This document shows, in pieces, positions 28,427 to 38,908 of a stretch of 54,498 nucleotides of DNA. Every line of letters begins with the position of its first letter. Position 1 is the first letter of the stretch. The stretch is from a virus (lineage: Duplodnaviria; Caudoviricetes), in the IMG/VR virus record IMGVR_UViG_3300021425_000050, positions 1-54,498 of that record. One strand, written 5' to 3'. The notes below the pieces were generated by a model. That model was not told the origin of the DNA. It saw nothing but the letters and a program-made list of their open reading frames with translations, and made no database searches. The position numbers were made by a program, and so were the translations under genes.

Positions 28427-29962
28427 ATGGAAATTTTTGGGTTTGAAATAACTCGTAAGAAAGAAGAATTACGAGGAAAAGATGTGCAGAAGACCTCAGC
28501 GAGGTCTTTTGTAGCACCTGTCGAAGATGACGGAACACCTGTCATTCAACAGACGCCAGGTGGTTTCATATCAGGTGGGGCATATGGTTCCTATGTTGAT
28601 ATGGAAGGCGGTATCAAAAATGAGGTCGCTCTCATTAGAAGATACCGTGAAACATCTCTAGTACCTGAGTGTGATATTGCTATCGATGATATAGTAAATG
28701 AATGTATAGTTTCAGATACCCAAGATAGAATTGTCTCACTTGATTTAAGAGATGTAGAACTCTCAGACAGCATCAAAGAAAAGATGCATGACGAGTTCAG
28801 AACAATCCTATCTTTAATGAAGTTCAATCTGAACTCTCATGAACTATTCAGAAAATGGTATGTCGATGGTAGAATTTACTTTCATAAAGTAGTAGATTCT
28901 AAAAGACCACAAGCGGGTATGGTCGATATCAGAAACATTGACCCTTTAAAAATTAAAAAGGTTAGAAATGTTGAGAAAGATAAAGACCCAAAAACAAAAA
29001 TTGATGTAATAAAGAAAGTTGAAGAGTTTTATGTCTTCAACGATAAAGGTTTTGATAAAGGCAGTGCTTCAGAAGGAAACACTGCTAGAATCGCACCAGA
29101 GGCAGTAAGTTATACAACTTCTGGTATGTTAGACTACACTAAGAATGTAGTCATTGGTTATCTACATAAAGCATTGAAGACTGCAAATCAGTTGTCAATG
29201 ATGGAAGATGCTCTTGTAATCTATCGTATATCAAGAGCACCAGAAAGAAGAATCTTCTATATTGATGTTGGTAACCTTCCGAAAGTCAAGGCGGAACAAT
29301 ACCTTGCTGATACTATGAACAAGTATAGAAATAAACTTGTTTATAATGCAGACACAGGCGAAATAAAAGACGATAGACGCCATATGTCAATGCTAGAAGA
29401 CTTCTGGTTACCAAGAAGAGAAGGTGGTCGAGGAACAGAGATTACGACTTTACCAGGTGGTCAGAATCTTTCTGAGATAGAAGATATAGAATATTTCAGA
29501 AAGAAACTTTACAGGTCATTGAATGTACCTATTTCTAGACTTGAAGCAGATAACGGTTTCAACATGGGTAGGGCATCAGAAATCAGTAGAGATGAACTTA
29601 AATTTAATAAGTTCACTAAAAGACTTCAAATGAAGTTTGCAAGAGTCTTTACTGATTTATTAAGAACACAATTAGTTCTTAAAAATATTGTATCAGGCGA
29701 AGAGTTTGATATGATGAAAGATTTTATACATTATGATTTTGCTACAGACAACCACTTTACAGAGTTGAAAGAGCAAGAGATTATCAGAGAAAGACTTGAT
29801 ATTCTCTCACAGGCAGAATCATATGTTGGACAATACTTCTCTAAGGAGTATGTTAAAAAGTATATTCTTCATCAAACCGAGGACGATATAGAAAGAATCC
29901 AAGGTGAGATTGACGCCGAAGGCGGGGGTGAAGAAGACATGGATAATGAAGGAGAGTTCTAA
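28427..29962 (+). CDS. gp20: Portal protein gp20
   Basis: WYVDGR, EDALVIYR..RAPERRIFYIDVGNLP and EDFWLPRREGGRGTEITTLPGG motifs. TATAAATA at 28414-28421. Confidence 0.97.
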   Translation: MEIFGFEITRKKEELRGKDVQKTSARSFVAPVEDDGTPVIQQTPGGFISGGAYGSYVDMEGGIKNEVALIRRYRETSLVPECDIAIDDIVNECIVSDTQDRIVSLDLRDVELSDSIKEKMHDEFRTILSLMKFNLNSHELFRKWYVDGRIYFHKVVDSKRPQAGMVDIRNIDPLKIKKVRNVEKDKDPKTKIDVIKKVEEFYVFNDKGFDKGSASEGNTARIAPEAVSYTTSGMLDYTKNVVIGYLHKALKTANQLSMMEDALVIYRISRAPERRIFYIDVGNLPKVKAEQYLADTMNKYRNKLVYNADTGEIKDDRRHMSMLEDFWLPRREGGRGTEITTLPGGQNLSEIEDIEYFRKKLYRSLNVPISRLEADNGFNMGRASEISRDELKFNKFTKRLQMKFARVFTDLLRTQLVLKNIVSGEEFDMMKDFIHYDFATDNHFTELKEQEIIRERLDILSQAESYVGQYFSKEYVKKYILHQTEDDIERIQGEIDAEGGGEEDMDNEGEF

Positions 29963-30147
29963 TGAACGACATAAGTAAAAAGATAGTAGACCAAATCGAA
30001 GCAGGTCAATTGAACGATGCAAAAGATTCAATCTTTGATGGCATTAAACAAAAGGCAGGCGAACAGGTAGACATGAAACGAGTTGAAATGTCTGTAGATT
30101 GGGCACAGGGAAACAATGAAGAAGTCTTGGACACAGATAACGACTGA
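29962..30147 (+). CDS. Small prohead core protein (gp67-like by position)
   Basis: Short acidic/helical ORF directly after the portal gene. Confidence 0.5.
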   Translation: MNDISKKIVDQIEAGQLNDAKDSIFDGIKQKAGEQVDMKRVEMSVDWAQGNNEEVLDTDND

Positions 30148-30424
30148 GTTAAACGAGGCGAAATTCAAACTTCCTAAAGACCAAACTGAGGTTAAGAAAG
30201 AGGTCCAGAAAGTCGGCAATAGAACTTTAGATATACGATTTGGGGAAGATAAACGAGGTAAGATTCATGTGTATATCGATGGAATGCTTATGGGCGACCC
30301 ATACAAGAACATGAAACTTGCACAAAAAGATATGAAGAATATTAAAAAAGTAATTATGCAAATGGGTGAAGAAAACATATCAGCAGAAGAAATACTAGGA
30401 GTTATAAATGAAACTAATATCTGA
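30116..30424 (+). CDS. Hypothetical protein (prohead core region)
   Basis: ORF between portal and protease genes, overlapping both neighbours. Confidence 0.5.
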   Translation: MKKSWTQITTELNEAKFKLPKDQTEVKKEVQKVGNRTLDIRFGEDKRGKIHVYIDGMLMGDPYKNMKLAQKDMKNIKKVIMQMGEENISAEEILGVINETNI

Positions 30425-31061
30425 ATTTGTAGATTACGCAATACAACCTGTTATCGTTGAATCAAACGACAAAGGTGGTAAAGATTACTTCATCGAAGGT
30501 ATCTTCTTGCAAGCAGAATTGAAAAATAGAAATGGTCGTGTATATCCCAAGAAAGTGATGAAAAAAGAAGTTGACCGATATGTCAGAGAGTTTGTAGAGA
30601 AAGATAGAGCATTCGGTGAACTAGGACATCCAGAAGGTCCAACAATTAATTTAGACAAAGTATCTCACATGATTACCAAACTAGAAGAAGATGGTGATAA
30701 CTTTGTGGGAAGAGCAAAAATTTTAACAACACCAAACGGTCAAATTGTAAGAAACTTACTTGATGATGGTGCAAAACTTGGTGTGTCATCTAGAGGTCTA
30801 GGTTCACTAGAACAAAAAGGTGGTGCTCAAGTTGTTAAAGACGATTTTCAGTTGGCAACTGCCGCTGATATCGTTGCAGACCCATCCGCTCCTGAAGCAT
30901 TCGTAGAAGGCATCATGGAAGGAGTTGAGTGGGTGATGGAGAATGGTATTCTAAAAGCGAAAGAAATGGAAGCAATGCAGAACGAATTACGCAGTGCAAA
31001 GTTGAATAAACTAGAGGAAACCAAACTAAATCTATGGAAGAAGTTCGTTGAGAACATCTAA
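30408..31061 (+). CDS. gp21: Prohead protease gp21
   Basis: NRNGRVYP, GELGHP, GVSSRGLGS and DIVADPSAP.AFV.GIME motifs. Confidence 0.95.
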   Translation: MKLISEFVDYAIQPVIVESNDKGGKDYFIEGIFLQAELKNRNGRVYPKKVMKKEVDRYVREFVEKDRAFGELGHPEGPTINLDKVSHMITKLEEDGDNFVGRAKILTTPNGQIVRNLLDDGAKLGVSSRGLGSLEQKGGAQVVKDDFQLATAADIVADPSAPEAFVEGIMEGVEWVMENGILKAKEMEAMQNELRSAKLNKLEETKLNLWKKFVENI

Positions 31062-31101
31062 CATATAAATAAAAGAGTTATTACTCAAACAGGAGAAAAC
31101 A

Positions 31102-32469
31102 ATGGCAGATTTAGAAAAAAACCTAGAACAAGCGATAGAGGAGGCTCTTCAGCCAGATTCTAAAGCTCAAAAGGGTGACTCGAAACCTGTTAAGCAAGGT
31201 TCATCAGACGCCGCTAAAATTGAAAGTGGTAAGGGTGAAGTCGTCAAACCAGAAGAAAATCCTGTTGACAAAGCTGTTGCATCTGTTAAGGGTGCTGAGA
31301 AAGGAACTAAAGAAGTTTCTGGCGATGCACAACAGAAAGGTGAATCATCACCTGAAAAGCAACCTAAGTTGAAAAAAGTTTCAGAGGCAGAAGACTCAGA
31401 AGAAGAGAAACCTGGAAAGATGAAGCGAATCAAGGCAATGGTCAACGCTATGAAAGACATGGATAAAGAAAAGCTACAAGCTATGTATTCAGAAATGTCC
31501 GACAAGAAAAAGGATGACGAAGAAGACGAGTTGGACGAATCCTTGACTAAAGCAGAAATCGCAAGAAACATCGTTGAATTAATGAAAAAGAAAGATGAAG
31601 AAGATGTTGAAGAAGGTTACTCAAAATTCTTTGTAGAAGAAGAAGAGAACGAAGACGAAGATGAAGACGAAGATGAAAAAGATGACGAGAAAGAAGTCAA
31701 AGAAGAATCAGAAGTCGAATCTGAGTTAGTTGAGATGGAAATAGAAGACGACCTATCTAAAATCTCAGAAGCTCTTGAACTTTCAGAAGAGAATACAGAG
31801 AAAGCAAGAACAATCTTCAAAGCAGCTGTATCATCAAAAGTTTCAGAAATCAAAGAAGAACTCGAAAATGAGTTCTCAGAAAATTTAAAAACCTCAGTAG
31901 AACAAGTCAAAAGCGACCTTGCGGAAGCAGTTGATAAGTATCTATCGTATTGTGCAGAAGAGTGGACGAAAGAAAACGAACTTGCAATTGAGAGAGGTTT
32001 GAGGTCAGAAATGACAGATAACTTCATCGAAGGATTGAAAACATTGTTCGTAGAACATTATGTTGAAGTTCCAGAAGATAAGTATGATGTTATTGATGAA
32101 CTCGCAAATCGTCTTGACGAGATGGAAGAGAAACTAGACGCTGAAGTATCTAAAAATATGGAAGTAGTCGAAGAGAACGAAAATCTTAAAAGACAAAATG
32201 TGATAAGAGAGGCCTGTAAAGACCTATCAGACTCACAAAAAGAGAAAATGATTTCATTATCTGAGGGTGTAGACTTTTCAGATTCAGAAGATTTCGCTGA
32301 GAAAGTTTCTGAGTTGAAGGAAGCATACTTCCCAAATGACGAAGTCATATCTGAGGAAACAGTAATTGAAGAAGGTATCGGTGAATTATCAGAAGATAGA
32401 GAACCTGTGCTTGACCCTTCAATTGCAAAGTATTCTCAGGCATTAAGTAAACTAAAACCATTAGGTTAA
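31102..32469 (+). CDS. gp22: Prohead core scaffold gp22
   Basis: Highly acidic. Contains TIFKAAV, VDKYL.Y..EEW..EN.LAIE.G and F.EHY..VP. Lies before gp23. TATAAATA at 31064-31071. Confidence 0.9.
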   Translation: MADLEKNLEQAIEEALQPDSKAQKGDSKPVKQGSSDAAKIESGKGEVVKPEENPVDKAVASVKGAEKGTKEVSGDAQQKGESSPEKQPKLKKVSEAEDSEEEKPGKMKRIKAMVNAMKDMDKEKLQAMYSEMSDKKKDDEEDELDESLTKAEIARNIVELMKKKDEEDVEEGYSKFFVEEEENEDEDEDEDEKDDEKEVKEESEVESELVEMEIEDDLSKISEALELSEENTEKARTIFKAAVSSKVSEIKEELENEFSENLKTSVEQVKSDLAEAVDKYLSYCAEEWTKENELAIERGLRSEMTDNFIEGLKTLFVEHYVEVPEDKYDVIDELANRLDEMEEKLDAEVSKNMEVVEENENLKRQNVIREACKDLSDSQKEKMISLSEGVDFSDSEDFAEKVSELKEAYFPNDEVISEETVIEEGIGELSEDREPVLDPSIAKYSQALSKLKPLG

Positions 32470-32487
32470 ATTTAAAGGAAGAAAGAA

Positions 32488-33798
32488 ATGTTCTTATCAG
32501 AAAATTTACAAGAAAAGTGGTCGCCTATTCTAGAACACTCCGATTTACCACAAATCGAAGATGGCTACAAGAAAGCGGTTACTGCTGTAATTCTTGAAAA
32601 CCAAGAGAAAGCTCTACAAGAAGAGAGAGTATCACTTGAAGAAGCAGCACCTTTAAATGCTACTGGTAGCTCAGCTATCTCAAATTGGGATCCAATCCTA
32701 ATTTCATTAGTTAGAAGAGCTATGCCAAATCTCGTTGCTTACGACATTTGCGGTGTTCAACCAATGACTGGTCCTACAGGACTTATCTTCGCTATGAAAG
32801 CAAGATATCAAGACGACAACGATGCTGGAAGAGAAGCAAACTCTGAAGCATTAGGTATTAACGAACCAAGAACTGCATTCTCAGCTGGGAATTCAGGCGA
32901 CATCGATAATACTGCTGATTCAGACCCAGAGGGTGACCCATTCGCTGGTTCATCTGCTTATCAGAATCAAACATCGTCAGGCATGAGCACAGCATCAGCA
33001 GAATCTTTAGGAGATGGTGCATCTAACCATTTCAATGAGATGTCATTCACTATTGAGAAATCAACTGTGACTGCTGTATCCAGAGCATTAAAAGCAGAGT
33101 ATACACTCGAACTTGCACAAGACTTAAAAGCAATCCACGGTCTTGACGCTGAATCAGAATTAGCAAACATTCTATCATCAGAAATTCTTGCAGAAATCAA
33201 CAGAGAAGTTGTAAGAGAAGTAAACAACCAGGCAAAAACTGGTGCTTCTACAACTGCTTCTGCTGGTACATTCAACTTAGATGTTGATGCAAATGGTAGA
33301 TGGTCTGTTGAAAAATTCAAAGGATTGTTATTCCAAATCGAAAGAGAATCAAATGTAATCGCAAAAGAAACAAGAAGAGGAAAAGGTAACTTTATCCTTT
33401 GTTCTTCTGATGTTGCATCTGCTCTTTCAATGGCAGGCGTATTAGACTACGCTCCAGCACTATCAACTAACTTGAATGTTGATGACACAGGCAATACTTT
33501 TGCTGGTGTTCTTAACGGAAGAGTTAAAGTATACATTGACCCATATGCTGGTTCAAACTACTTAACAGTTGGTTACAGAGGGTCTAACCCTTATGATGCT
33601 GGTATGTTCTATTGCCCATATGTTCCACTTCAAATGGTGAGAGCAGTTGGCGAGAACACTTTCCAACCAAAAATCGGGTTTAAAACAAGATACGGAATGG
33701 TATCTAACCCATTTGTTGGAAGCACACCTGCTAACGGTTTAGCATCTGATGGTTCAAACCAATACTACAGAAAAATGGCAGTGTCCAACATTCTGTAA
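32488..33798 (+). CDS. gp23: Major capsid protein gp23
   Basis: LISLVRR.MPNL.A.D..GVQPM.GPTGLIFAM, RALKAEYT.ELAQDLKAIHGLDAE and FQPKIGFKTRYG motifs. Confidence 0.98.
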   Translation: MFLSENLQEKWSPILEHSDLPQIEDGYKKAVTAVILENQEKALQEERVSLEEAAPLNATGSSAISNWDPILISLVRRAMPNLVAYDICGVQPMTGPTGLIFAMKARYQDDNDAGREANSEALGINEPRTAFSAGNSGDIDNTADSDPEGDPFAGSSAYQNQTSSGMSTASAESLGDGASNHFNEMSFTIEKSTVTAVSRALKAEYTLELAQDLKAIHGLDAESELANILSSEILAEINREVVREVNNQAKTGASTTASAGTFNLDVDANGRWSVEKFKGLLFQIERESNVIAKETRRGKGNFILCSSDVASALSMAGVLDYAPALSTNLNVDDTGNTFAGVLNGRVKVYIDPYAGSNYLTVGYRGSNPYDAGMFYCPYVPLQMVRAVGENTFQPKIGFKTRYGMVSNPFVGSTPANGLASDGSNQYYRKMAVSNIL

Positions 33799-33816
33799 AA
33801 AAGTTCAGAACTTTTT

Positions 33817-33845
33817 AAAAGGGGTCTTTTTAGACCCCTTTTTTT
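33817..33845 (+). terminator. Rho-independent terminator after gp23
   Basis: AAAAGGGGTCT-TTTT-AGACCCCTTTT plus a T-run. Confidence 0.9.
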
Positions 33846-33909
33846 ATGCACTAAATATAATTGTATCATTAAGATACAGACATAACACACATACACACAG
33901 GAGGAAATT

Positions 33910-34128
33910 ATGTCAAATCAAGGAAAATCAGGTTACGAAATTCGTGCCGACTTACTATCTCTCGCCGAGAGTATAATTATCAACAACATCGAGAATGAAA
34001 GACAAACCATTTATTCATGGAATGACAATCATTCTGAGACTAAAAAGGAAATACCTTTGAGAACTTATACTGCTCAAGATGTCATTCAAACTGCAAAAGA
34101 GTTTAATGACTTTGTAAACGAGAAGTAA
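33910..34128 (+). CDS. Hypothetical protein
   Basis: Strong SD AGGAGG. GYEIRADLL..A...DVI..A..FN.FV pattern. Confidence 0.7.
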   Translation: MSNQGKSGYEIRADLLSLAESIIINNIENERQTIYSWNDNHSETKKEIPLRTYTAQDVIQTAKEFNDFVNEK

Positions 34129-34143
34129 TGCATAAATAGTAGT

Positions 34144-34689
34144 ATGGCATATAAATCAGACATCAATAAATCTATTCTAAACAGAAATAACTTTCGTCTG
34201 TTGATTGATAAAGTTCCAACTGTAGAATACTATGTAAGAACAGTAAATGTTCCAGGTGTTCAATTCAGTGAAACTCAACAAGCGGCAGGTGTTGGTCTAG
34301 ATGCATTCTTCCCAGGTGACAAAGCAACCTTTGATACCCTAGAAGTTTCATTCTTAGTTGATGAAGATTTAGAGAATTTCATAGAGATATACAATTGGAT
34401 GGATTCGATTGTACCTCTAAGTAATCCTGAATTATATGGTTCATATACTGAAACTGCAACAACTCAGACTAATGTGGTGGCAAGTATAGATAACGATTTG
34501 AATCAATACAGTGACATCACATTAGTCACTAATACAAACAAAAACATACCTAACAGATACTTTAGATTTCATGATGCATTCCCTATATCATTAAGTGGAA
34601 TAGATTTAGAATCAGGCGCAGATGCTGAACCAGCAATTTGCACAGTGTCGTTTAGGTTCACATATTACGAGATTAAAACCACTTCATAA
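34144..34689 (+). CDS. gp3: Tail completion protein gp3-like
   Basis: F...I.K.P.V.Y....N.PG, FLVDEDL.N..EIY.W and F.DAFPISLS motifs; synteny after gp23. Confidence 0.8.
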   Translation: MAYKSDINKSILNRNNFRLLIDKVPTVEYYVRTVNVPGVQFSETQQAAGVGLDAFFPGDKATFDTLEVSFLVDEDLENFIEIYNWMDSIVPLSNPELYGSYTETATTQTNVVASIDNDLNQYSDITLVTNTNKNIPNRYFRFHDAFPISLSGIDLESGADAEPAICTVSFRFTYYEIKTTS

Positions 34690-34717
34690 ATACTACAAAA
34701 TATAGTATAATTATAGT

Positions 34718-35161
34718 ATGACATTGGATGAAATAAAGGCGATGTGGTCTAACGATTGCGAAATCGATGACATAGAATTAGATAAATCTAGTTTAGATGT
34801 TCCTCGATTACATGCAAAGTATTCAGACTTACTAACAGATAACATTCTTAGATTAAAGAATGCTCAAATGCAATACAATCTACTTAGAAAAGATAAGTGG
34901 TTGTGGTTCAATGGCAAGATGGACGAATCACGAATCAAAGAGTTAGGTTGGTCAGACGACCCATTTGATGGTTTGAAGATAATGAAAAACGACATGGATG
35001 TCTTTTTCAATTCAGATGAAGACCTAACAAAACTAAAAGCAAAGATTGATTATCTACAAGAAGTTGTAGAGTATATCAAAAGATGTATGGATAACATTAC
35101 ATGGCGACATCAGACAATTAAGAACACAATTGAATGGCGTAAATTTATGGCAGGTCAATAA
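34718..35161 (+). CDS. uvsY: Recombination mediator UvsY
   Basis: W..D..ID...LD..SL..P.LH.KY and IKN.IEW.KF..G motifs. Confidence 0.9.
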   Translation: MTLDEIKAMWSNDCEIDDIELDKSSLDVPRLHAKYSDLLTDNILRLKNAQMQYNLLRKDKWLWFNGKMDESRIKELGWSDDPFDGLKIMKNDMDVFFNSDEDLTKLKAKIDYLQEVVEYIKRCMDNITWRHQTIKNTIEWRKFMAGQ

Positions 35162-35835
35162 TGATATTAGATAACTATTGTATTATATATGAAAATTACT
35201 TTACAGAAGCAGAAGTAATGAAGATACATGCTTGTGCTAATCAAGTAGAAGAGATTGAAGGTCGAACAGGTTTCGGTATTGACGAAGACGAAGACCCAAA
35301 CAATATCGAAATGACATATGATGTCAGACAATCTTCACAAAAATGGTTGCAACATCATATATTTCCCAAAGATATACAAGATAAAATAACAATGGGTATC
35401 AATACAGCATCTGCTGAAGGTGGTTGGAACTTTGCTTGGAATCATATCGAAGACCATCAATACACTATTTACAAACACAAACCAGATAGACCTACAGGTG
35501 ATTTTTATACCTGGCATACAGATGCAGCTAGTCCTAGTAAAATGCAAAGTCGATATGGAATAAGAAAACTAAGTTCAACAATTCAATTATCACACCCCGA
35601 AGATTATGAGGGTGGTCATTTTCGTTGGTTAGAACCAGCACATATGTTTGACAATATCAGAAAAGGTAGTTATGGGGTAGATGTAGACCCATATATTCAA
35701 ACAGCACCATTTAGTGCCAAGACAATTGGAACTCTCATAGTATTTCCTTCTTTTGTTTGGCATGAAGTGACTCCAGTATCTAGAGGTGTAAGAACATCTT
35801 TAGTTAGTTGGTATCACGGTCCAACTTATGTCTAA
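35161..35835 (+). CDS. 2OG-Fe(II) oxygenase (prolyl-hydroxylase-like)
   Basis: FY.WHTD, RKLS...QLS...DYEGG and VFPSF..H.VTPV.RG.R.SLV.W motifs. Confidence 0.88.
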   Translation: MILDNYCIIYENYFTEAEVMKIHACANQVEEIEGRTGFGIDEDEDPNNIEMTYDVRQSSQKWLQHHIFPKDIQDKITMGINTASAEGGWNFAWNHIEDHQYTIYKHKPDRPTGDFYTWHTDAASPSKMQSRYGIRKLSSTIQLSHPEDYEGGHFRWLEPAHMFDNIRKGSYGVDVDPYIQTAPFSAKTIGTLIVFPSFVWHEVTPVSRGVRTSLVSWYHGPTYV

Positions 35836-37252
35836 AGTAATAGTATCTAAAGTAAACGAAGTCTTTATGCAAGTCGATTGTGATGATGGACTAGCAAGAG
35901 ACCTTTACGACTTCTTTTCATTTACAGTTCCAGGTGCAAAGTTCATGCCTTCTGTTAAGAACAGATATTGGGACGGCAAAGTAAGACTCTTCTCTCTTAA
36001 AACTAAAAGAATCTATATTGGTTTATTGCCATATGTCGATGAATTCTGTAGAGAAAGAGGTTATGAGTTTGATGGCATAACAGATGTAATCGGTGAGAAG
36101 ACTGATATTAAATTCGATTTGAAAAAATACTTTATGAAAGAGTATAATCTTCCATTCGAACCTAGAGATTATCAAATGGAGGCAGTAGAGACTACGATAA
36201 AGTATGGCAGACAATTACTTTTATCTCCTACTGCATCAGGTAAATCTCTAATCATATATCTACTCGCAAGATGGTATAATAAGAAAACAGTTATCATTGT
36301 GCCAACAACATCACTTGTTGAACAGATGACAAAAGATTTTATAGATTATGGGTATACTGAACCTGTATGTAAGATATACAGTGGTCAAGAAGTATTCGAT
36401 GCACCCATAACAGTGACTACATGGCAAAGTTTTGCAAAAGCACCTAAAGATGTGCTAGATAGTTTTGATGTAGTTATAGGAGATGAAGCACATTTATTTA
36501 AGGCGACAACACTAAAAGGTATCTTAGAGAAGATGAAGACTACTGCAATCAGAGTTGGTACCACAGGTACATTAGATGGAAGTGAAGTTCATAGACTACA
36601 ACTAGAAGGTTTGTTTGGTCCTGTGAAGAAAGTTATCACATCATCACAATTGATTGAAGAAGGAACTATCGCAAAGATTGACATTGATTGTATTATACTT
36701 AAGCATCAGAAGTGTCATAAAATGTCATACCAAGAAGAAATGGATTATCTAGTTTCTAGTCAAGAAAGAAATCATTTCATTACAAACTTAGTTGCAAACC
36801 TTAGAGGGAATACCCTTGTGCTGTTTCAATATATTGAGAAACATGGTCAACCATTGTGGGAAATGTTTAACCCTAGAATACAAGGCACATTACATTATGT
36901 TCATGGTGAAACAGATGTAGAAGATAGAGAATCAGTAAGAGAGATTGTAGAAAGGTCAGACGATAATGTCATACTAGCGTCATACGGAACATTCTCTACA
37001 GGTATTAATATTAAAAGAATTGACAATATTGTTTTTGCAAGTCCGTCTAAATCTAGAATACGAAATCTACAGTCTATTGGTAGAGGTCTTCGTAAAGCAG
37101 ATGGTAAAGATAGTATGAGATTGTTCGATATCGCAGATGACTTACAATGTGATAATTATACTCTTGCTCACTTAAAAGAACGCATAAATATCTATAGTGA
37201 GGAGAATTTTCCATACGAAATAAAACAATTCAATTTACATGGCAACCCCTAA
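35828..37252 (+). CDS. uvsW: DNA helicase UvsW
   Basis: PRDYQ, SPTASGKS, DEAH and QSIGRGLR SF2 motifs; synteny. Confidence 0.95.
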   Translation: MSKVIVSKVNEVFMQVDCDDGLARDLYDFFSFTVPGAKFMPSVKNRYWDGKVRLFSLKTKRIYIGLLPYVDEFCRERGYEFDGITDVIGEKTDIKFDLKKYFMKEYNLPFEPRDYQMEAVETTIKYGRQLLLSPTASGKSLIIYLLARWYNKKTVIIVPTTSLVEQMTKDFIDYGYTEPVCKIYSGQEVFDAPITVTTWQSFAKAPKDVLDSFDVVIGDEAHLFKATTLKGILEKMKTTAIRVGTTGTLDGSEVHRLQLEGLFGPVKKVITSSQLIEEGTIAKIDIDCIILKHQKCHKMSYQEEMDYLVSSQERNHFITNLVANLRGNTLVLFQYIEKHGQPLWEMFNPRIQGTLHYVHGETDVEDRESVREIVERSDDNVILASYGTFSTGINIKRIDNIVFASPSKSRIRNLQSIGRGLRKADGKDSMRLFDIADDLQCDNYTLAHLKERINIYSEENFPYEIKQFNLHGNP

Positions 37253-37739
37253 AGACTTAACACCTTCAAGATACGAAGTAATCAAATTGAAAACAGGCAC
37301 TGAGATAGTCGGTATGACTAGAGATGTAGGTGCTTCATTAGAGGTTACTTTGCCTATGATATGTCAACTATCTTTGATACCTGGCACACCTAGAACACAA
37401 GCAATCTTTTATCCTTATTCTCCTTTAAGTTGTGATGAAAGGGTTAACATACCTAAGACTGAGGTCATGCATAGACAATTGATGAATGACCAATTCATAC
37501 CTTTCTATGATAATGCATCATCTAAATGGTTTGGTATGATAGAGAATCAATCTATACCTCTTGCTAATGATGAAGACAGAAGAATCGGTGACATGATGAG
37601 AAAGTCTTTAAGTAAAATCATGGAAAGAGGTGAACCGTTTGATGAAGATGATTTGATAGATGAGATTTTCAACGAGACTGAAAGTATCTCAGAATTCGAA
37701 TCAGCACTCCCGCCGAAAGATAAAAAAAAGATTCACTAA
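37239..37739 (+). CDS. Conserved hypothetical protein between uvsW and gp55
   Basis: IKL.TG.EIV N-terminal pattern typical of this position. Ends KKKIH. Confidence 0.6.
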   Translation: MATPKDLTPSRYEVIKLKTGTEIVGMTRDVGASLEVTLPMICQLSLIPGTPRTQAIFYPYSPLSCDERVNIPKTEVMHRQLMNDQFIPFYDNASSKWFGMIENQSIPLANDEDRRIGDMMRKSLSKIMERGEPFDEDDLIDEIFNETESISEFESALPPKDKKKIH

Positions 37740-37839
37740 TTTAATTCTTAAGCAAATAATTTATATATATACTTGCGTATAATTTATAATTATACCATAT
37801 TATTAACATTGTTTATATTAACATTTACACTGGAGAACC

Positions 37840-38013
37840 ATGACCACAGCAATTTTAGGTGAAATTGCGAAGAGCGTGGCGAGTGAATTCGAAAACCTGA
37901 GAGCAGCAGAGATTACATCAAAGATAATCGATGGACTAGAGTTTGTCTTTCTAATGACTCTTCCATTCTTTTTACCATTTACAATAATGTTTTTGGCTAG
38001 TATGGGTTACTAG
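37840..38013 (+). CDS. Small membrane protein (57 aa; not in ORF track)
   Basis: SD GGAG. MTTAILGE...LEFVFLMTLPFFLPFTIMFLASMGY. Confidence 0.65.
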   Translation: MTTAILGEIAKSVASEFENLRAAEITSKIIDGLEFVFLMTLPFFLPFTIMFLASMGY

Positions 38014-38015
38014 AC

Positions 38016-38105
38016 ATGAACGATATGCAAAAACTAAGAGATAGACTAGAGGTGATTTGCCTCACGGCTATTTTTTGTGTGACGACTTTGAGTTTAGTTC
38101 AATAG
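38016..38105 (+). CDS. Very small membrane peptide (29 aa; not in ORF track)
   Basis: MNDMQKLRDRLEVICLTAIFCVTTLSLVQ fills the gap 2 nt after the upstream stop. Confidence 0.45.
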   Translation: MNDMQKLRDRLEVICLTAIFCVTTLSLVQ

Positions 38106-38124
38106 TTAACTAAGGGGAAATAAA

Positions 38125-38373
38125 ATGAAAGCAACATTTTTAGCATTTACATTGATGTTTTTTGCAACTGACTCATTCGCTGATGACTGGAGAATGAGAA
38201 AGTTTGACATGAACATGGACGGTTTTGTTGAAAAAGAAGAACTGCTTATGAACGGTTGTGTCGTAAAAGCAGGTCTTTGGAAACATGCAGATAAGAACAA
38301 AGATGGTAAACTTTCTAAGAACGAACTTAGAAAAGCATCTGAGTATATTATCAGAAACAGATGTCCAAGATGA
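38125..38373 (+). CDS. Secreted EF-hand pair protein
   Basis: Signal peptide ending SFA. Loops DMNMDGFVEKEE and DKNKDGKLSKNE fit the DxNxDGxxxxxE pattern. Two Cys. Confidence 0.75.
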   Translation: MKATFLAFTLMFFATDSFADDWRMRKFDMNMDGFVEKEELLMNGCVVKAGLWKHADKNKDGKLSKNELRKASEYIIRNRCPR

Positions 38374-38434
38374 GAAGATACTTAAAACTAATTTACAAAT
38401 ATTGGATTGCTCCTTGGGCACCAATACCTTACAA

Positions 38435-38557
38435 ATGATAGAAGCATTTTTTATAACAGTCTTTGGTATAATCACAGCATACCTTTATCTCAAACATGCG
38501 CCTATGCATGAGATTAGAGGTGCAATCTATCATGAAAAACACATTGCAAAAAAGTGA
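38435..38557 (+). CDS. Small membrane protein (40 aa)
   Basis: MIEAFFITVFGIITAYLYLKHAPMH...; I prefer this internal ATG to the ORF-track start at 38285. Confidence 0.5.
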   Translation: MIEAFFITVFGIITAYLYLKHAPMHEIRGAIYHEKHIAKK

Positions 38558-38760
38558 AATACGAACAACAATTAGAATTACTACTAAATAAACCGAGAGA
38601 AGCAACACCAGAAGAGTGTGCTGAATGGGAAAGAACAGATTACTTTCGTAGCGGAAATTTCGATGCCATGAAACTATTTGTAGTAGTGCCAACAGTTATA
38701 CAATTGTTTATGTTCTTTTTGATGCTTGGCATATTTGCAATGAATGAAAAATTATTTTAA
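38554..38760 (+). CDS. Small membrane protein (68 aa)
   Basis: GTGA overlap with the upstream stop. C-terminal hydrophobic helix. Confidence 0.6.
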   Translation: MKYEQQLELLLNKPREATPEECAEWERTDYFRSGNFDAMKLFVVVPTVIQLFMFFLMLGIFAMNEKLF

Positions 38761-38908
38761 GATTATTTTCAAATTGATTTTGGGGTTGGGTAAAGACGAA
38801 GAGTTTTTGCCCACTCCATTTAACATACTGATTATAAGTATGGGATTAACATTACTCTTTTTTGGTACAGTTGCGGTGTTATTAGGTACCTTCTCGCTGG
38901 CAACATAG
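38744..38908 (+). CDS. Small membrane protein (54 aa; weak DUF2970-like resemblance; not in ORF track)
   Basis: MKNYFKIIFKLILGLGKDEEFLPTPFNILIISMGLTLLFFGTVAVLLGTFSLAT. Confidence 0.5.
   Translation: MKNYFKIIFKLILGLGKDEEFLPTPFNILIISMGLTLLFFGTVAVLLGTFSLAT

Noticed and set aside
33880-33905. CA-rich tract ACACACATACACACAGGAGG as a functional repeat
   Set aside because: Short, and most simply an unstructured leader before a strong SD.
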